From NCBI GenBank assembly GCA_965248535.1, contig CBDFJR010000002.1:1792001-1856000 (forward strand): a stretch of 64,000 nucleotides of DNA. Direction: 5' to 3'. Of the stretch, positions 19,469 to 29,710 are shown piece after piece. Each line of letters begins with the position of its first letter. Within the stretch, counting starts at the first letter, position 1. The translations under genes and the position numbers were made by a program. Origin of the DNA: Phormidesmis sp. Its GTDB lineage: Bacteria; Cyanobacteriota; Cyanobacteriia; Leptolyngbyales; Leptolyngbyaceae. The notes under the pieces were generated by a model. It had not been told where the DNA came from. It saw nothing but the letters and a program-made list of their open reading frames with translations, and did not search any database.

Positions 19469-20077
19469 ACGGTTTACACACGCCCCCTCGCTCGTTTAAT
19501 TGAGCACCTGCAACATCTCCCTGGTGTTGGCCCAAAAACTGCCCAACGGCTAGCGCTCCACATTCTCAAGCGCCCCGAAGAAGAAGTCAAAGCCCTCGCT
19601 CAAGCCCTCGTAGAAGCCAAGCTGCAAGTCGGCTTCTGTTCGGTCTGCTTTCACCTGTCGGCTGAACCTGTCTGTGATATCTGCCGCGCTCCCAACCGCG
19701 ACAGCAGCACGATTTGCGTTGTTGCTGACTCTAGAGACGTGATCGCGTTAGAAAAAACCCGTGAATATCGCGGGAAATATCACGTTTTGGGTGGGCTGAT
19801 CTCCCCGATCGATGGCATCGGCCCCGACCAGCTAAATATTCATGCGTTGCAGAGACGAGTCAGTCAGCAAAAGATCGACGAGGTAATTCTGGCGATCAGC
19901 CCCAGTGTAGAAGGTGAGACGACAACCTTGTTTGTGGGTCATTTGCTCAAGCCCTTTACCAGAGTGACGCGGATCGCCTTTGGTCTGCCGATGGGCGGCG
20001 ATTTAGAATATGCCGATGAGTTGACACTGGCCCGTGCGCTAGAGGGCCGACGAGATTTAGAGTTTGGCAGTCGCTAA
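19469..20077 (+). CDS. recR: Recombination protein RecR, non-canonical start (ACG 19469 or ATC 19466)
   Basis: Frame upstream of the tracked GTG reads [30 protein letters not shown] and C4 Zn finger CSVC..CDIC; Toprim domain; GGAGG at 19457. Confidence 0.92.
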   Translation, partial: TVYTRPLARLIEHLQHLPGVGPKTAQRLALHILKRPEEEVKALAQALVEAKLQVGFCSVCFHLSAEPVCDICRAPNRDSSTICVVADSRDVIALEKTREYRGKYHVLGGLISPIDGIGPDQLNIHALQRRVSQQKIDEVILAISPSVEGETTTLFVGHLLKPFTRVTRIAFGLPMGGDLEYADELTLARALEGRRDLEFGSR

Positions 20078-20118
20078 CCCCGGCGAGTGAATTGCTCTAA
20101 CTAGTGGATAGTCTCAAG

Positions 20119-21120
20119 TCAAGAGGGTTCTATGCTGCCATCGGGTAGCGTGGCTCCTTGCAGCATGGCTCCGGTTAATAGGGCGCTGCTAAGTTCTGCC
20201 CCGGCTAAGTTTGCGCCGCGCAAATCAGCATCGCGTAAATCGGCTCGACCTAAATAAGCTTTGATTAACAGAGCTTCTACCAAAACTGCCTCTCGAAGAT
20301 TGGCATGATTAAACTCGGCGCGGTTGAGGCGCGATCGGGTCAGGTTTGCCCCTTGCAGATTGGTTTTGTGCATCGTTGCATCACTGAGGTTGGCATCGGT
20401 CAAATCAGCGCTTGACAAGTTTGCGTTATTTAACTGGGCGCGATTGAGTTTGCTGTTGCGTAATTTGGCCTGGCTAAAGTTTGCCTCCGTCAAAACCGCA
20501 TCGGTCAAAAACGTCCCGTTGAGCGTCGCGTCAGTCAAATTGGCCTCAGTGAGGTCGCCACTTCGCAGACTAGCTTCGCTGAGATTGGCTCCGGTGAGAT
20601 TGGCTCGACTCAGGTCAGCCCCGGCAAGGTTTGCCCCGCGCAGATCAGCCCCCCGCAAGTCAGCCCCCCGCAGGTTTGCCCCCCGATAGGCGCGTTTTTC
20701 TTCTCGCAAATTAGCCCCACGCAAGCAAGCTCCTCGCAGATCTGCGCCGCTAAAATTGACGTTTCGCAAATCGGCTTCTCTAAAATTTGCATCGAGTAAC
20801 GTTGCTAAACCCAGGTCAGCCCCGCGCAAATCAGCCCCATAGAGAATCGCTCCGTGGAGATCGGCATCGCGCAAATTGGCGTTGATCAAGTCTGCTTGGC
20901 TAAGATTTGCGCCACACAGTTTGGTGCCTTTGAGGTTGGCATGGTTGAGATTCGATCGGTTCAGATAGGCAAAAATTAAAATCGAGTGGTGCAGATCTGC
21001 ATGGGATAAATTTGCTCCAATTAAATCTGCTCCCGTCAGATTGATTCCACTCAGGTTTTCCCTAGCGAAATTCATCTCTCCCGATTCATAGCGCTTTAGT
21101 AGATCTTCACTATTCATCAT
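20119..21120 (-). CDS. Pentapeptide repeat protein
   Basis: Continuous A(D/N)LxX repeats. Confidence 0.92.
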   Translation of the reverse strand: MMNSEDLLKRYESGEMNFARENLSGINLTGADLIGANLSHADLHHSILIFAYLNRSNLNHANLKGTKLCGANLSQADLINANLRDADLHGAILYGADLRGADLGLATLLDANFREADLRNVNFSGADLRGACLRGANLREEKRAYRGANLRGADLRGADLRGANLAGADLSRANLTGANLSEASLRSGDLTEANLTDATLNGTFLTDAVLTEANFSQAKLRNSKLNRAQLNNANLSSADLTDANLSDATMHKTNLQGANLTRSRLNRAEFNHANLREAVLVEALLIKAYLGRADLRDADLRGANLAGAELSSALLTGAMLQGATLPDGSIEPS

Positions 21121-22235
21121 GCTCTCTTTTCGACCCTTGAAATGGATGGCGGGGGAGCAATCAAAACTTGCGTTGAGTCTGCCCGTGTGATGTCAGCCGC
21201 ACTGGTTTCCGAGGCTTGCTGCTGCTGTTGAAGCTCGGCATAACCAGGTTTGATGCTTTTAAAGATCACGCTGGCGACTTCGAGATAGTCTTCGGTTGGG
21301 CTTAAACAGTGGGCCATTTCTTCGAGCTTGACTTTCAACCCTTCTAAAGAGCTGGAGACGGCAGTGACACTGCGAAGCAGCCCTTCTAAACTGTAGAGTT
21401 TTAGGTTTGACCAATCCTGTTCTTTGCCCATGAAGGGATAGTAGAGCAGAGAAAACAGCAAAATTTTCGCCCGCAGAGGGTTAGCAAACTTGATGATCTC
21501 TAGGCGGATGTCAAAAAGGCTGACGGTGGAATCTGCAGTTTGGGTCGGCTGATTGGGAGTTTGAGAACACTGATCATGCGCCGATTCTGAAAGAAGAACC
21601 TCGTCTGCTTGCACATAGAGCTTGCCCATTTCTCGCAAAATCATGTTGGCGATCGGGGCATATTCCGTCGGCTTGTTGAGACTTTTGACGATCGCGGCCA
21701 GCCCGATTTGCAGGCTTTCGATCGTGGGATATTGATGAGCTAAGTCACTCACTAGGTTTTTGATGTCTGCTTGGGCAACTTTAATCGGGTCGGTTTCCCA
21801 ACATTTGCGAGCCGCGCAGATCATTAGTTTTTTGATGCGGCCGGAGTTTGCTTCCTGCTCTAAAGCCTGGGTGATCTGGGTCTGTAGCTCGCCCCCAATG
21901 CCGTCGAGCGGATTGGCATTGATCGTGGGTTTCTCGATCGCCGCCGCCGTTCTATATAACCCTGCTAGATTTTCGATAATCGTGTTGGCGACTTGCAGAT
22001 ATTCGTCTTGTTTGCTGAGGGTGCCCACCAAAAGGTTTAGCTTATATTGCAGATGCTCTAGCGTGGGATTGAGATAGCGCAACTCCTGCACCAGGTTTTG
22101 CAAGCTGATGACATTCAGGCGATCGAGATCATTCTCCCACCAGTTTTTGCAGGCGTATAGAATCAGCTTTTTAATTCGGACAGCATTTGCATCCTGCTCT
22201 AGCTGACCCACGATCGGAGCATATTGATCCGCCAT
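21117..22235 (-). CDS. Hypothetical protein built from three ~90-aa helical repeats
   Basis: RIKKL..AC/AA..W(E)ND/TD ... P.LE.L ... EYL.VA units; ATGA overlap with the next gene. Confidence 0.7.
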   Translation of the reverse strand: MADQYAPIVGQLEQDANAVRIKKLILYACKNWWENDLDRLNVISLQNLVQELRYLNPTLEHLQYKLNLLVGTLSKQDEYLQVANTIIENLAGLYRTAAAIEKPTINANPLDGIGGELQTQITQALEQEANSGRIKKLMICAARKCWETDPIKVAQADIKNLVSDLAHQYPTIESLQIGLAAIVKSLNKPTEYAPIANMILREMGKLYVQADEVLLSESAHDQCSQTPNQPTQTADSTVSLFDIRLEIIKFANPLRAKILLFSLLYYPFMGKEQDWSNLKLYSLEGLLRSVTAVSSSLEGLKVKLEEMAHCLSPTEDYLEVASVIFKSIKPGYAELQQQQQASETSAADITRADSTQVLIAPPPSISRVEKRA

Positions 22236-22314
22236 TAGTCAGAGTGGGTGGTGTAGGTGTGTGAGTTTAGGATGCCCGCCTATAAATTGCTTTTCACAGA
22301 ACGCTGCTTTTTGA

Positions 22315-23184
22315 TCAAGATTCTTCTGGCGGCTGACTCAGGGTTTTAGGTTCAGGCGGCGGCGAATTTTCTAGCAACTCTTCTTGAGGGGTTTGCATTG
22401 AGAATTCTAACAAGTCATCGGCTTTGGGTTGGCGAGATTCGGGCAGTTGCAGGCTGCTCTGAGTGGGGGCTAGAGCCTGAAGCTCTTGCTGAAGCTCTGG
22501 CAGGGCGACCAATTCTTTTTCGGTTTCTCTGAGTTCGATCGGGAGGCGCAAGGGCTGCAACTCTTCGATCCAACAGCTTGCCAGGGGCAGAGTTTGATCT
22601 AAATCTTCGAGGGCCCGAGGAATCACCATCACCGAGTGCAGTTCACCAATGCGTTCGGCTTCCTGCATTCCCACATCGATCGCCATAGCGACGTTGGCGA
22701 TCGTGCCGCGAATAATAGCGGTGCATAGCCCTGACCCGATCGTTTCGTAGGCCGTTAGCGTCACATCGGCAGATTTGAGCATCGCATCGGCTGCGCCCAC
22801 CATGGCCGGAAAGCCTCGCGTTTCGAGCAGACCCACTGCCTGATTGCGAAACGGATTGCCGTGTCGGCCTTTGGCAAGCTCGGCGAGTTTGGTGCCGATC
22901 GGCAGGACTGCTTCTAGGTTTGCCAGAGGGCGCGGCACAACGAGAGTAGAAACTTTTTGCCCAAACTGAGCGGCGAGATCGATCCCTTCCTGGACTGCTA
23001 GCCGCACATCTGAAATGCCACCCCGCACCACGGCGGTGCAGAATCCTCCGCCCGTTTTCTCGTAGCCCACCAGCGTCACATCTGAGGACTTGAGCATCAT
23101 ATCGGCAATGCCCACGATCGCCGGAAAGCTCTCGGTAGAGACAAGGCCCAGGGCCATATCAGTAAATCTGTCTAGACGATTCAT
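22315..23184 (-). CDS. ccmO: Carboxysome shell tandem-BMC protein CcmO
   Basis: Two BMC domains; position after ccmN. Confidence 0.92.
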   Translation of the reverse strand: MNRLDRFTDMALGLVSTESFPAIVGIADMMLKSSDVTLVGYEKTGGGFCTAVVRGGISDVRLAVQEGIDLAAQFGQKVSTLVVPRPLANLEAVLPIGTKLAELAKGRHGNPFRNQAVGLLETRGFPAMVGAADAMLKSADVTLTAYETIGSGLCTAIIRGTIANVAMAIDVGMQEAERIGELHSVMVIPRALEDLDQTLPLASCWIEELQPLRLPIELRETEKELVALPELQQELQALAPTQSSLQLPESRQPKADDLLEFSMQTPQEELLENSPPPEPKTLSQPPEES

Positions 23185-23355
23185 CAGCGAAAGGGTGACA
23201 GGGCAGTTCTTATACCTTCAATCTTAACGGGTCTGTAAAGCTCTTCAGTCCTGTTTTGGCTGCTGATCTGAGGGAGAGCGATCAAAGATTAAACCTCGTT
23301 GTCTGAAGTCCAGGCAATGGGCATGGCGCGCTGTATCCTTTTGCCAATTCCGGTT

Positions 23356-23972
23356 TTATGAACCATTCCTTTGATTTTGAGGAAACAGCTTGACGAGAAG
23401 ATTATTCACATAAGACTGTCCATAAACATTGGCGATCGCCGCCGGGTCTGGTTCAGACGATGCGTGCTCAGGAGGCGGAGTTGGGGCGGGTAGCTCTTCG
23501 GGTAAGGCTTCTGGCTCAGAAGCAGCTTGAGGCTCACTCCAGGGATCGGGAGGCCCATCCACCACGGGTGCTGCTTGAGTTTGAGCAACGTCTTTTTGAG
23601 AAGAGCGTCTAGGGGACGGCTGCGATCGCCCACGAGAGAACCCGACGCAACCAGCGCCCCCGCAGCAATGACGCTCTCTAAAATTGTGGTGGCTGCGCCG
23701 ATGCAGGCCCGATCGCCGATCGTCACCTGACCCACGAGCAAAACGCCTGCCCCTAGGCTCACCCCCGCTCCGACGTTCAGAATGCCTTCGTGGACGCGCA
23801 AAACTGAGCCAATGCCAATGCAGACTCCAGCGCCAATGATGATCTGGCTACCAGGGTCTGCAAGCAGCAAAACACCCGGCGCGATCGTGACCCCTTCGTG
23901 AATGGTGACATCGCCACTAATCAGATAATGGGCAGTGTCGATCGGACATAGTTGCAGCGGCAAAAAGTGCAT
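23356..23972 (-). pseudogene. ccmN: Carboxysome assembly protein CcmN, frameshifted near 23590-23610 (probably an assembly indel)
   Basis: N-terminal hexapeptide beta-helix in one frame; encapsulation peptide VYGQSYVNNLLVKLFPQ in the -1 frame. Confidence 0.85.
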
Positions 23973-24045
23973 CGTTCAAAATTTTGAGTTTTAGAGTCAG
24001 AGCTTTAAATTGACGGGCAACCCAAAACTCAAACTCCAAAACAAG

Positions 24046-26043
24046 TTACTTTCCAGCTTTTTGAATCACAAGCTCAACTAGGCGGCGCTTTGCCTTAGGA
24101 TCGGTGCCCACCAAGCGCACATAGTGACCCGCATAGTCAGACAGCGCAGACTCAAGAGCGGCGATCGCCTGAGACTCAGAATTAGCTTGAATCGATGCCC
24201 CTGTCTGCCAAGCCCCGCCCTTATAGCGACGCACATCGGCATATTCTAAGCCCAGTCGAGCGCCCTGACGCACTAGCTGACGCACCTGATCGAGAGCCTC
24301 ACTACTAAGCTTTTGGCTGCCTTGAGCAGAATTGGTCGGAGAGAACCCTTTTGACGCAGATGGAGCGTAGACCGGAGGATCAAGCACTAGAGACGTTTCG
24401 GGCGTTTTGCCAGGACGATGAATCACGGTTTCTAGCACTCGCTTTTTAGCTTGAGTGTCAACGCCCACCAGCCGGACATAGTGACCACGATGCTCTCCGA
24501 TAAACGATTCTAGGGCCGCGATCGCTTCCCCTTCTGATCGCGTGTGGATCAACGGCGCGCTGCTCCAAGAATTGATCTTAAATCGCCGCTCATCGGCAAA
24601 CTCTAGCCCGATCGCCGACCCTTGAGACAGCAACTGACGCACTTGTTCGCCAACGCTGCCATCAGTGCGAACTGCGCTATGGCTCGCCGCCGCTCCATTG
24701 TGGGCAGGTCGTGCAGCCGAATCAGAAATATGCTGCTTGCTAGACGGCCGCTGCACGATCGACTCTAAAACTCGCTGCTTGGCTTTGGGGTCAATGCCGA
24801 TAATCCGCACATATTCGCCCGCGTGATCTGCCATACACGCCTGCACTTCAGCCAAAATTCCCGACTCGTTGGTTGCCTGAACGGTCGCGCTTTTCCACGA
24901 ACTGGTTTGAAACCGTCGCTCATCGGCAAACTCAAGCCCAATCCGCCCGCCTTTGCTTAAGACTTGACGAATCTGAGCCACGACAGAGCCTTCGATCGCG
25001 CCGTTTGAGGCTGCATGACCATTGCCATTGCCGTTGCTAGAACTATAAGACGGGGACGAATAGCTGCTCGACGCACCGTTAGAAAGCTTGGTGGGTGCCG
25101 CACCAGGACGCTGAATAATCGTTTCTAGCACCCGTTTTTTGGCTTTGGTGTCAATGCCGATTAGCCGCACATAGTCGCCGCTGTGCTCCTGCATACAAGA
25201 GTCGAGAGCAGACAAAACCTCAGACTCGCGATTAGACTGAATGGTCGCGCAGCTTTTCCAAGAACTGATCTTAAAGCGTCGCTCGTCAGCGTGCTCAGTG
25301 CCAATTCGATATCCTTGAGCCAGCAGTTGACGCACGTGCTCAATTACGCCACCATTGCCCAAACCATTGGCAGAGCGGCTAGAAACGTTAGAAGTAGATT
25401 GATTCATTGGGGTGTTAGCCATCTCATTTCTGATTGGGGCAATACAAGCGATATTGTCAGCACAGCGATAACCCGATCGCAGCGCATCGTTGATATGAAT
25501 AATGTGTGAAGCAAACTTAACATCGGCTTCTTGCACGTTGGGTAGGCGGTCAGCCTGCTGCTGGCTCGTGATCACCGCTCCCGAAGGCACATACTTTCCG
25601 GGCGGAATCTCAACATCTTGCACCAGCGCGTGCATCATCACAACACTGCCATGACCCACCCGTGCATTAAACACTGTCGAGCGAAACCCGATAAAACAAT
25701 CGTCGCCCACATAAGCAGGGCCGTGGATCAGCGCCATGTGAGTCAGCGAAGACCGATCTCCCACCCAGATTGAATAGGGTTCGCCATCATCTCCGGCCAC
25801 TCTGCCCTGCTCTAACCCGTGCAGCACCACCCCATCTTGAATATTGGTGTCGTCGCCAATGTGGAACGGATGCCCCTCATCAGCACGAATTGAAGTGCCC
25901 GGCGCAATCATCACGTTTTCGCCCACTCTCACGTCTCCAATGATGTTAGAGAAGGAGTGGACGTAGGCGGTATGGTGAATGTCGGGTTCGGCGAGATCCT
26001 GTGACCAGGGCGTGGGCGGAGCCGCAAAACTACGGACTGCCAT
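24046..26043 (-). CDS. ccmM: Carboxysome protein CcmM (gamma-CA domain plus 4 RbcS-like repeats)
   Basis: [14 protein letters not shown] start; four E(H/F/Y)AD.RR(F/Y)...W SSUL repeats. Confidence 0.96.
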   Translation of the reverse strand: MAVRSFAAPPTPWSQDLAEPDIHHTAYVHSFSNIIGDVRVGENVMIAPGTSIRADEGHPFHIGDDTNIQDGVVLHGLEQGRVAGDDGEPYSIWVGDRSSLTHMALIHGPAYVGDDCFIGFRSTVFNARVGHGSVVMMHALVQDVEIPPGKYVPSGAVITSQQQADRLPNVQEADVKFASHIIHINDALRSGYRCADNIACIAPIRNEMANTPMNQSTSNVSSRSANGLGNGGVIEHVRQLLAQGYRIGTEHADERRFKISSWKSCATIQSNRESEVLSALDSCMQEHSGDYVRLIGIDTKAKKRVLETIIQRPGAAPTKLSNGASSSYSSPSYSSSNGNGNGHAASNGAIEGSVVAQIRQVLSKGGRIGLEFADERRFQTSSWKSATVQATNESGILAEVQACMADHAGEYVRIIGIDPKAKQRVLESIVQRPSSKQHISDSAARPAHNGAAASHSAVRTDGSVGEQVRQLLSQGSAIGLEFADERRFKINSWSSAPLIHTRSEGEAIAALESFIGEHRGHYVRLVGVDTQAKKRVLETVIHRPGKTPETSLVLDPPVYAPSASKGFSPTNSAQGSQKLSSEALDQVRQLVRQGARLGLEYADVRRYKGGAWQTGASIQANSESQAIAALESALSDYAGHYVRLVGTDPKAKRRLVELVIQKAGK

Positions 26044-26245
26044 AAAAAATTCTCCTAACTGACCGTGCCTTCTGAGCCGCGATCGGGCCCATCGCAGGGA
26101 AACGACTCGATCGTGACTTTCGGGCACCTATTCAATTCTGTTGCTGACTGATGACGAACTGACTAGCCGTAGCGTAATGCACCATTGTTGATTGCGTAAT
26201 GCGTTAAGGTTTGCCCAACCCATTACGCAACTCGTGGCCCGATCG

Positions 26246-26545
26246 CTAATATTGCGTTCCTTTGTTGTAGAGCGATCGGTTATCGACACTCACCGTGTCA
26301 ATAATGCCAATCACTGCCGCATCAACAGGGCGCTGTTCACTACCGGGAACCTGACGGGCAGCGCTGCCCCGACTAACCAGAACCCACTCATCGATCCCTG
26401 CTCCAACGTTGTCAGCCGCCACCTCATACTGGGGAAGCGGTTGCCCCGCGTCGTCTAAAAATTGCAAAAGCAGAAACTTCACGCCTCTTAGACTTGGCTC
26501 TTTTTGGGTGCTGACAACGGTGCCGCGAACTTTGGCAATTTGCAT
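26246..26545 (-). CDS. ccmL: Carboxysome vertex protein CcmL
   Basis: MQIAKVRGTVVSTQK, GSAAR, DAAVIGIID. Confidence 0.97.
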   Translation of the reverse strand: MQIAKVRGTVVSTQKEPSLRGVKFLLLQFLDDAGQPLPQYEVAADNVGAGIDEWVLVSRGSAARQVPGSEQRPVDAAVIGIIDTVSVDNRSLYNKGTQY

Positions 26546-26551
26546 CAGGCG

Positions 26552-26893
26552 TTATGGACGGTTAAGCGGGCGAATGCCGCTGACGCTCTCACGGAATGGC
26601 TCGACTGCCTCGGTGTATCGAATCGGCAGCACATATTCCAGGTTTTCGTGAGGACGAGCAATGATATGAGTAGACAGCACTTGTCCACCGTTCACTCGCT
26701 TGACGTTTTCGATGCCAGCCGCAACTGATGCTTGGACTTCTGACACGTCGCCGCGCACGATCACCGTGACGCGACCGCTGCCGATTTTCTCGTAGCCCAC
26801 TAGGGTGACACGAGCGGCTTTCACCATCGCGTCTGCGGCTTCAACCACTGCGGGGAAACCCAGAGTTTCAATCATGCCAACTGCAATAGCCAT
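26552..26893 (-). CDS. ccmK1: Carboxysome shell hexamer CcmK1 (C-terminal extension)
   Basis: BMC-H with KIGSG pore and ~10-aa tail. Confidence 0.9.
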   Translation of the reverse strand: MAIAVGMIETLGFPAVVEAADAMVKAARVTLVGYEKIGSGRVTVIVRGDVSEVQASVAAGIENVKRVNGGQVLSTHIIARPHENLEYVLPIRYTEAVEPFRESVSGIRPLNRP

Positions 26894-26958
26894 CGTTAAA
26901 TTCTCCCTTCCAATCAGATTCTAAACACAACAGATTTTAGTTAATCAGCCCAGCGCTG

Positions 26959-27267
26959 TTAACTTCGGAACTGCTCAACCGCTTCGGTGTAGCGAATCGG
27001 CAGCACATATTCCAAGTTTCCGTCAGGGCGAGCGATGACGTGGGTAGATACCACTTCTCCGCCGTTGACCCGCTTGACAGACTCAAGCCCGGCTGCGATC
27101 GAGGCTTGCACCTCAGACACATCTCCGCGAATGATCACGGTCACGCGACCGCTCCCAATCTTTTCGTAGCCAACCAGGGTGACCCGAGCAGCTTTCACCA
27201 TTGCGTCTGCGGCTTCCACCACAGCCGGAAAACCTCGCGTCTCAATCATTCCCACAGCGATCGGCAT
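26959..27267 (-). CDS. ccmK2: Carboxysome shell hexamer CcmK2
   Basis: 102-aa BMC-H, first gene of the ccm operon. Confidence 0.9.
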   Translation of the reverse strand: MPIAVGMIETRGFPAVVEAADAMVKAARVTLVGYEKIGSGRVTVIIRGDVSEVQASIAAGLESVKRVNGGEVVSTHVIARPDGNLEYVLPIRYTEAVEQFRS

Positions 27268-27437
27268 TCTTGATCTCCTGATAAGTGAAACTAATTACAC
27301 CAACCCTAAAAAATGTTGACGAGATAACCCATCTTGTCAAGCTTTATCAAGGCTTTTCAACTGTGCTCTCTATTTAGAATAGGGGGGTTGTTGACGCTTG
27401 ACAATATAACGCTTGATGATAGTTACAAATTTTAGAC

Positions 27438-27452
27438 ATAAGCTCAACTAAT
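27438..27452. promoter_or_regulatory. LysR-type (RbcR-like) site upstream of ccmK2
   Basis: ATTAG-N5-CTTAT on the minus strand; one mismatch to ATTAR-N5-YTAAT. Confidence 0.5.
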
Positions 27453-27789
27453 CTCTTATGCCGCGATTCCTCGTAGTCAGCACTGGCCCACGAGTGGATA
27501 GTGAAGATTGCCTTAAGATTTCGCCTTTAGAATCATAGACGTTTTTCAACGCTATTTATAGAAAACTTTCTTGTACATCAGTGACATTTATCCATAAAAG
27601 TTAGTTTTTCGATACCGTTGCCGCTCTCTCACGATCGCGTTGTACTTTTAAGGGCGTTAGGCGTTAAGCTGAAATTTACGGGGCAGATCGTTCTAATTTT
27701 TTAACAATCATCAAAATTGATGAAGTTCCCAACCGAGCAAGTTTGCTTGGGGGGTGTTTTTGGCAAGTTTTTGAGTGAAGGCAGGTTCG

Positions 27790-29649
27790 ATGCAGCAGTT
27801 TCTCATTGATACAAGTTGGTGGGTTCCTTGTTATGGGTTGCTGGGCGCGATCCTTTCTTTACCGTGGGCAACGGGGCTAATTCGGCGCACGGGGCCGAGA
27901 CCTGCCGCTTATTTCAATATTTTTACAACGGTTTTGGCTTGCATCCACGGCTGGGCGCTGTTTAGCGCTACTTGGGGGCAAGAGTCTCACGAGCTAGTCA
28001 TTCACTGGCTCAAAGCAGCAGACCTTGATTTGTCGATCGCCCTAGGCATCTCCTCGACCAGCGTTGGGGCTATGGAACTGATCACAGGCTTGAGTCTGCT
28101 GGCACAGGTTTTTGCCTTGGGCTACATGGAAAAAGACTGGGCATTAGCTCGATTTTTTGCCCTGATGGGGTTTTTTGAGGCCGCAATGAGCGGTTTAGCG
28201 CTGAGCGATTCGCTGTTTCTCACCTATGCGCTGCTAGAGATTTTAACTCTTTCAACCTATCTGTTAGTCGGGTTTTGGTATGCCCAGCCGCTAGTGGTGA
28301 CCGCCGCCCGCGATGCTTTTTTAACCAAGCGGGTGGGTGATGTGCTGCTGCTGATGGGGGTTGTGACCCTCTCGACTCTATCGGGCACTTTAAATTTTCC
28401 TGAGCTATATGACTGGGCAGAAACGGCCAACCTGTCTCCTACGGTGTCTAGCTTGCTGGGGATGGCCTTGATTGCGGGCCCGATCGGCAAGTGCGCCCAG
28501 TTTCCGCTGCACCTGTGGCTCGATGAAGCGATGGAGGGGCCCAATCCCGCGTCGATTTTGAGAAACTCGGTTGTTGTGGGCTGTGGTGCCTACGTGTTGA
28601 TTAAGCTCCAGCCGATTTTGGTTTTGTCTCCGGTGGCTTCGACTGCGCTGATCGTTCTGGGATCGATGACCGCGATCGGGGCTTCTCTGGTGGCGATCGC
28701 TCAGATCGATATCAAGCGCGCTTTAGCTCACTCCACGAGCGCTTATTTAGGGGTGGTATTCGTCGCCGTCGGTATGAACTGGTCAGGGTTTGCCCTAGCG
28801 CTGCTGTTTGCTCACGGGGTCGCGAAAGCCTTGTTGTTCATGAGCACAGGGTCAATTATTGCCACCACTAGCTGCCAAGATATTACTGAAATGGGGGGCT
28901 TGTGGTCACGGATGCCGGCCACGACGAGCGCTTTTTTAGTCGGCTCTGCGGGTCTGGTGGGAATCCTTCCTCTGGGCGGTTTTTGGGCCTTTCAAAGAGG
29001 GGTAGACGATTTTTGGTATGGCCAGCCGTGGCTGGTGGCCGTCATTCTTGTGGTGAATGCGCTGACGGTTTTTAACCTGACTCGGATCTACCGCTTAGTC
29101 TTTCTCGGTGGGCCAATGCCCAAGACGCGCCGCGCTCCAGAAGTGCCTTGGGCGATGGCAGTGCCGATGGTGACCCTGACAATCTTTACGCTCACGGTTC
29201 CCCTGATCATGCAAACACTGTCGGTGCTTCCTAGTTGGCGATATCTCAATTGGCAAGGCTCGCTGATGATCATCGGGTCGGGGTTAACTGGGCTAGTGGC
29301 TGGGTCGCTGGCGACGTTTAACCACAATTGGTCTAGACCCGTTCAAGCGCCGCTGCGGTTTATGCAAGATTTTTTGGCCTACGACTTATACGTCGATCGC
29401 TTCTACCGCTTTACGGTGGTCTTGGTCGTCAGCACCATTTCGCGATTTAGCGCCTGGTTTGACCAATACGTTGTGGATGGATTTGTCAACTTTGTAGGAT
29501 TGGCCTCTATTTTTAGCGGAGAAAGCCTGAAATATAGTATTTCGGGTCAGTCTCAAGCCTATATGCTGACCATTTTGCTGGGGGTGGGTCTGTTAGGAGT
29601 TGTGCTCACTTGGTCGATGTGGGAACCCGTTTTAAGGGTGTTCTTTTAG
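27790..29649 (+). CDS. ndhF4: NDH-1(4) CO2-uptake subunit NdhF4
   Basis: RRTGPRPAAY, YMEKDWALARFF; operon with cupB. Confidence 0.93.
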   Translation: MQQFLIDTSWWVPCYGLLGAILSLPWATGLIRRTGPRPAAYFNIFTTVLACIHGWALFSATWGQESHELVIHWLKAADLDLSIALGISSTSVGAMELITGLSLLAQVFALGYMEKDWALARFFALMGFFEAAMSGLALSDSLFLTYALLEILTLSTYLLVGFWYAQPLVVTAARDAFLTKRVGDVLLLMGVVTLSTLSGTLNFPELYDWAETANLSPTVSSLLGMALIAGPIGKCAQFPLHLWLDEAMEGPNPASILRNSVVVGCGAYVLIKLQPILVLSPVASTALIVLGSMTAIGASLVAIAQIDIKRALAHSTSAYLGVVFVAVGMNWSGFALALLFAHGVAKALLFMSTGSIIATTSCQDITEMGGLWSRMPATTSAFLVGSAGLVGILPLGGFWAFQRGVDDFWYGQPWLVAVILVVNALTVFNLTRIYRLVFLGGPMPKTRRAPEVPWAMAVPMVTLTIFTLTVPLIMQTLSVLPSWRYLNWQGSLMIIGSGLTGLVAGSLATFNHNWSRPVQAPLRFMQDFLAYDLYVDRFYRFTVVLVVSTISRFSAWFDQYVVDGFVNFVGLASIFSGESLKYSISGQSQAYMLTILLGVGLLGVVLTWSMWEPVLRVFF

Positions 29650-29710
29650 CCGAGCCTTCCCCTCAAACTCTAAGCTTCAGACCTCAAACGTTTATATCTT
29701 CAGTTGATCT

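Noticed and set aside
20119..21120. 15-bp periodic DNA repeats
   Set aside because: Explained by pentapeptide-repeat coding.
23975..24045. Heptamer-like TTTTGAG/CTCAAA repeats between ccmM and ccmN
   Set aside because: Ordinary short cyanobacterial STRR-like spacer.
24046..25340. Internal DNA repeats and ccmK/ndh paralog similarity as template/variable repeats of a DGR
   Set aside because: Explained by SSUL domains and paralogy; no reverse transcriptase and no adenine-specific pattern noticed.
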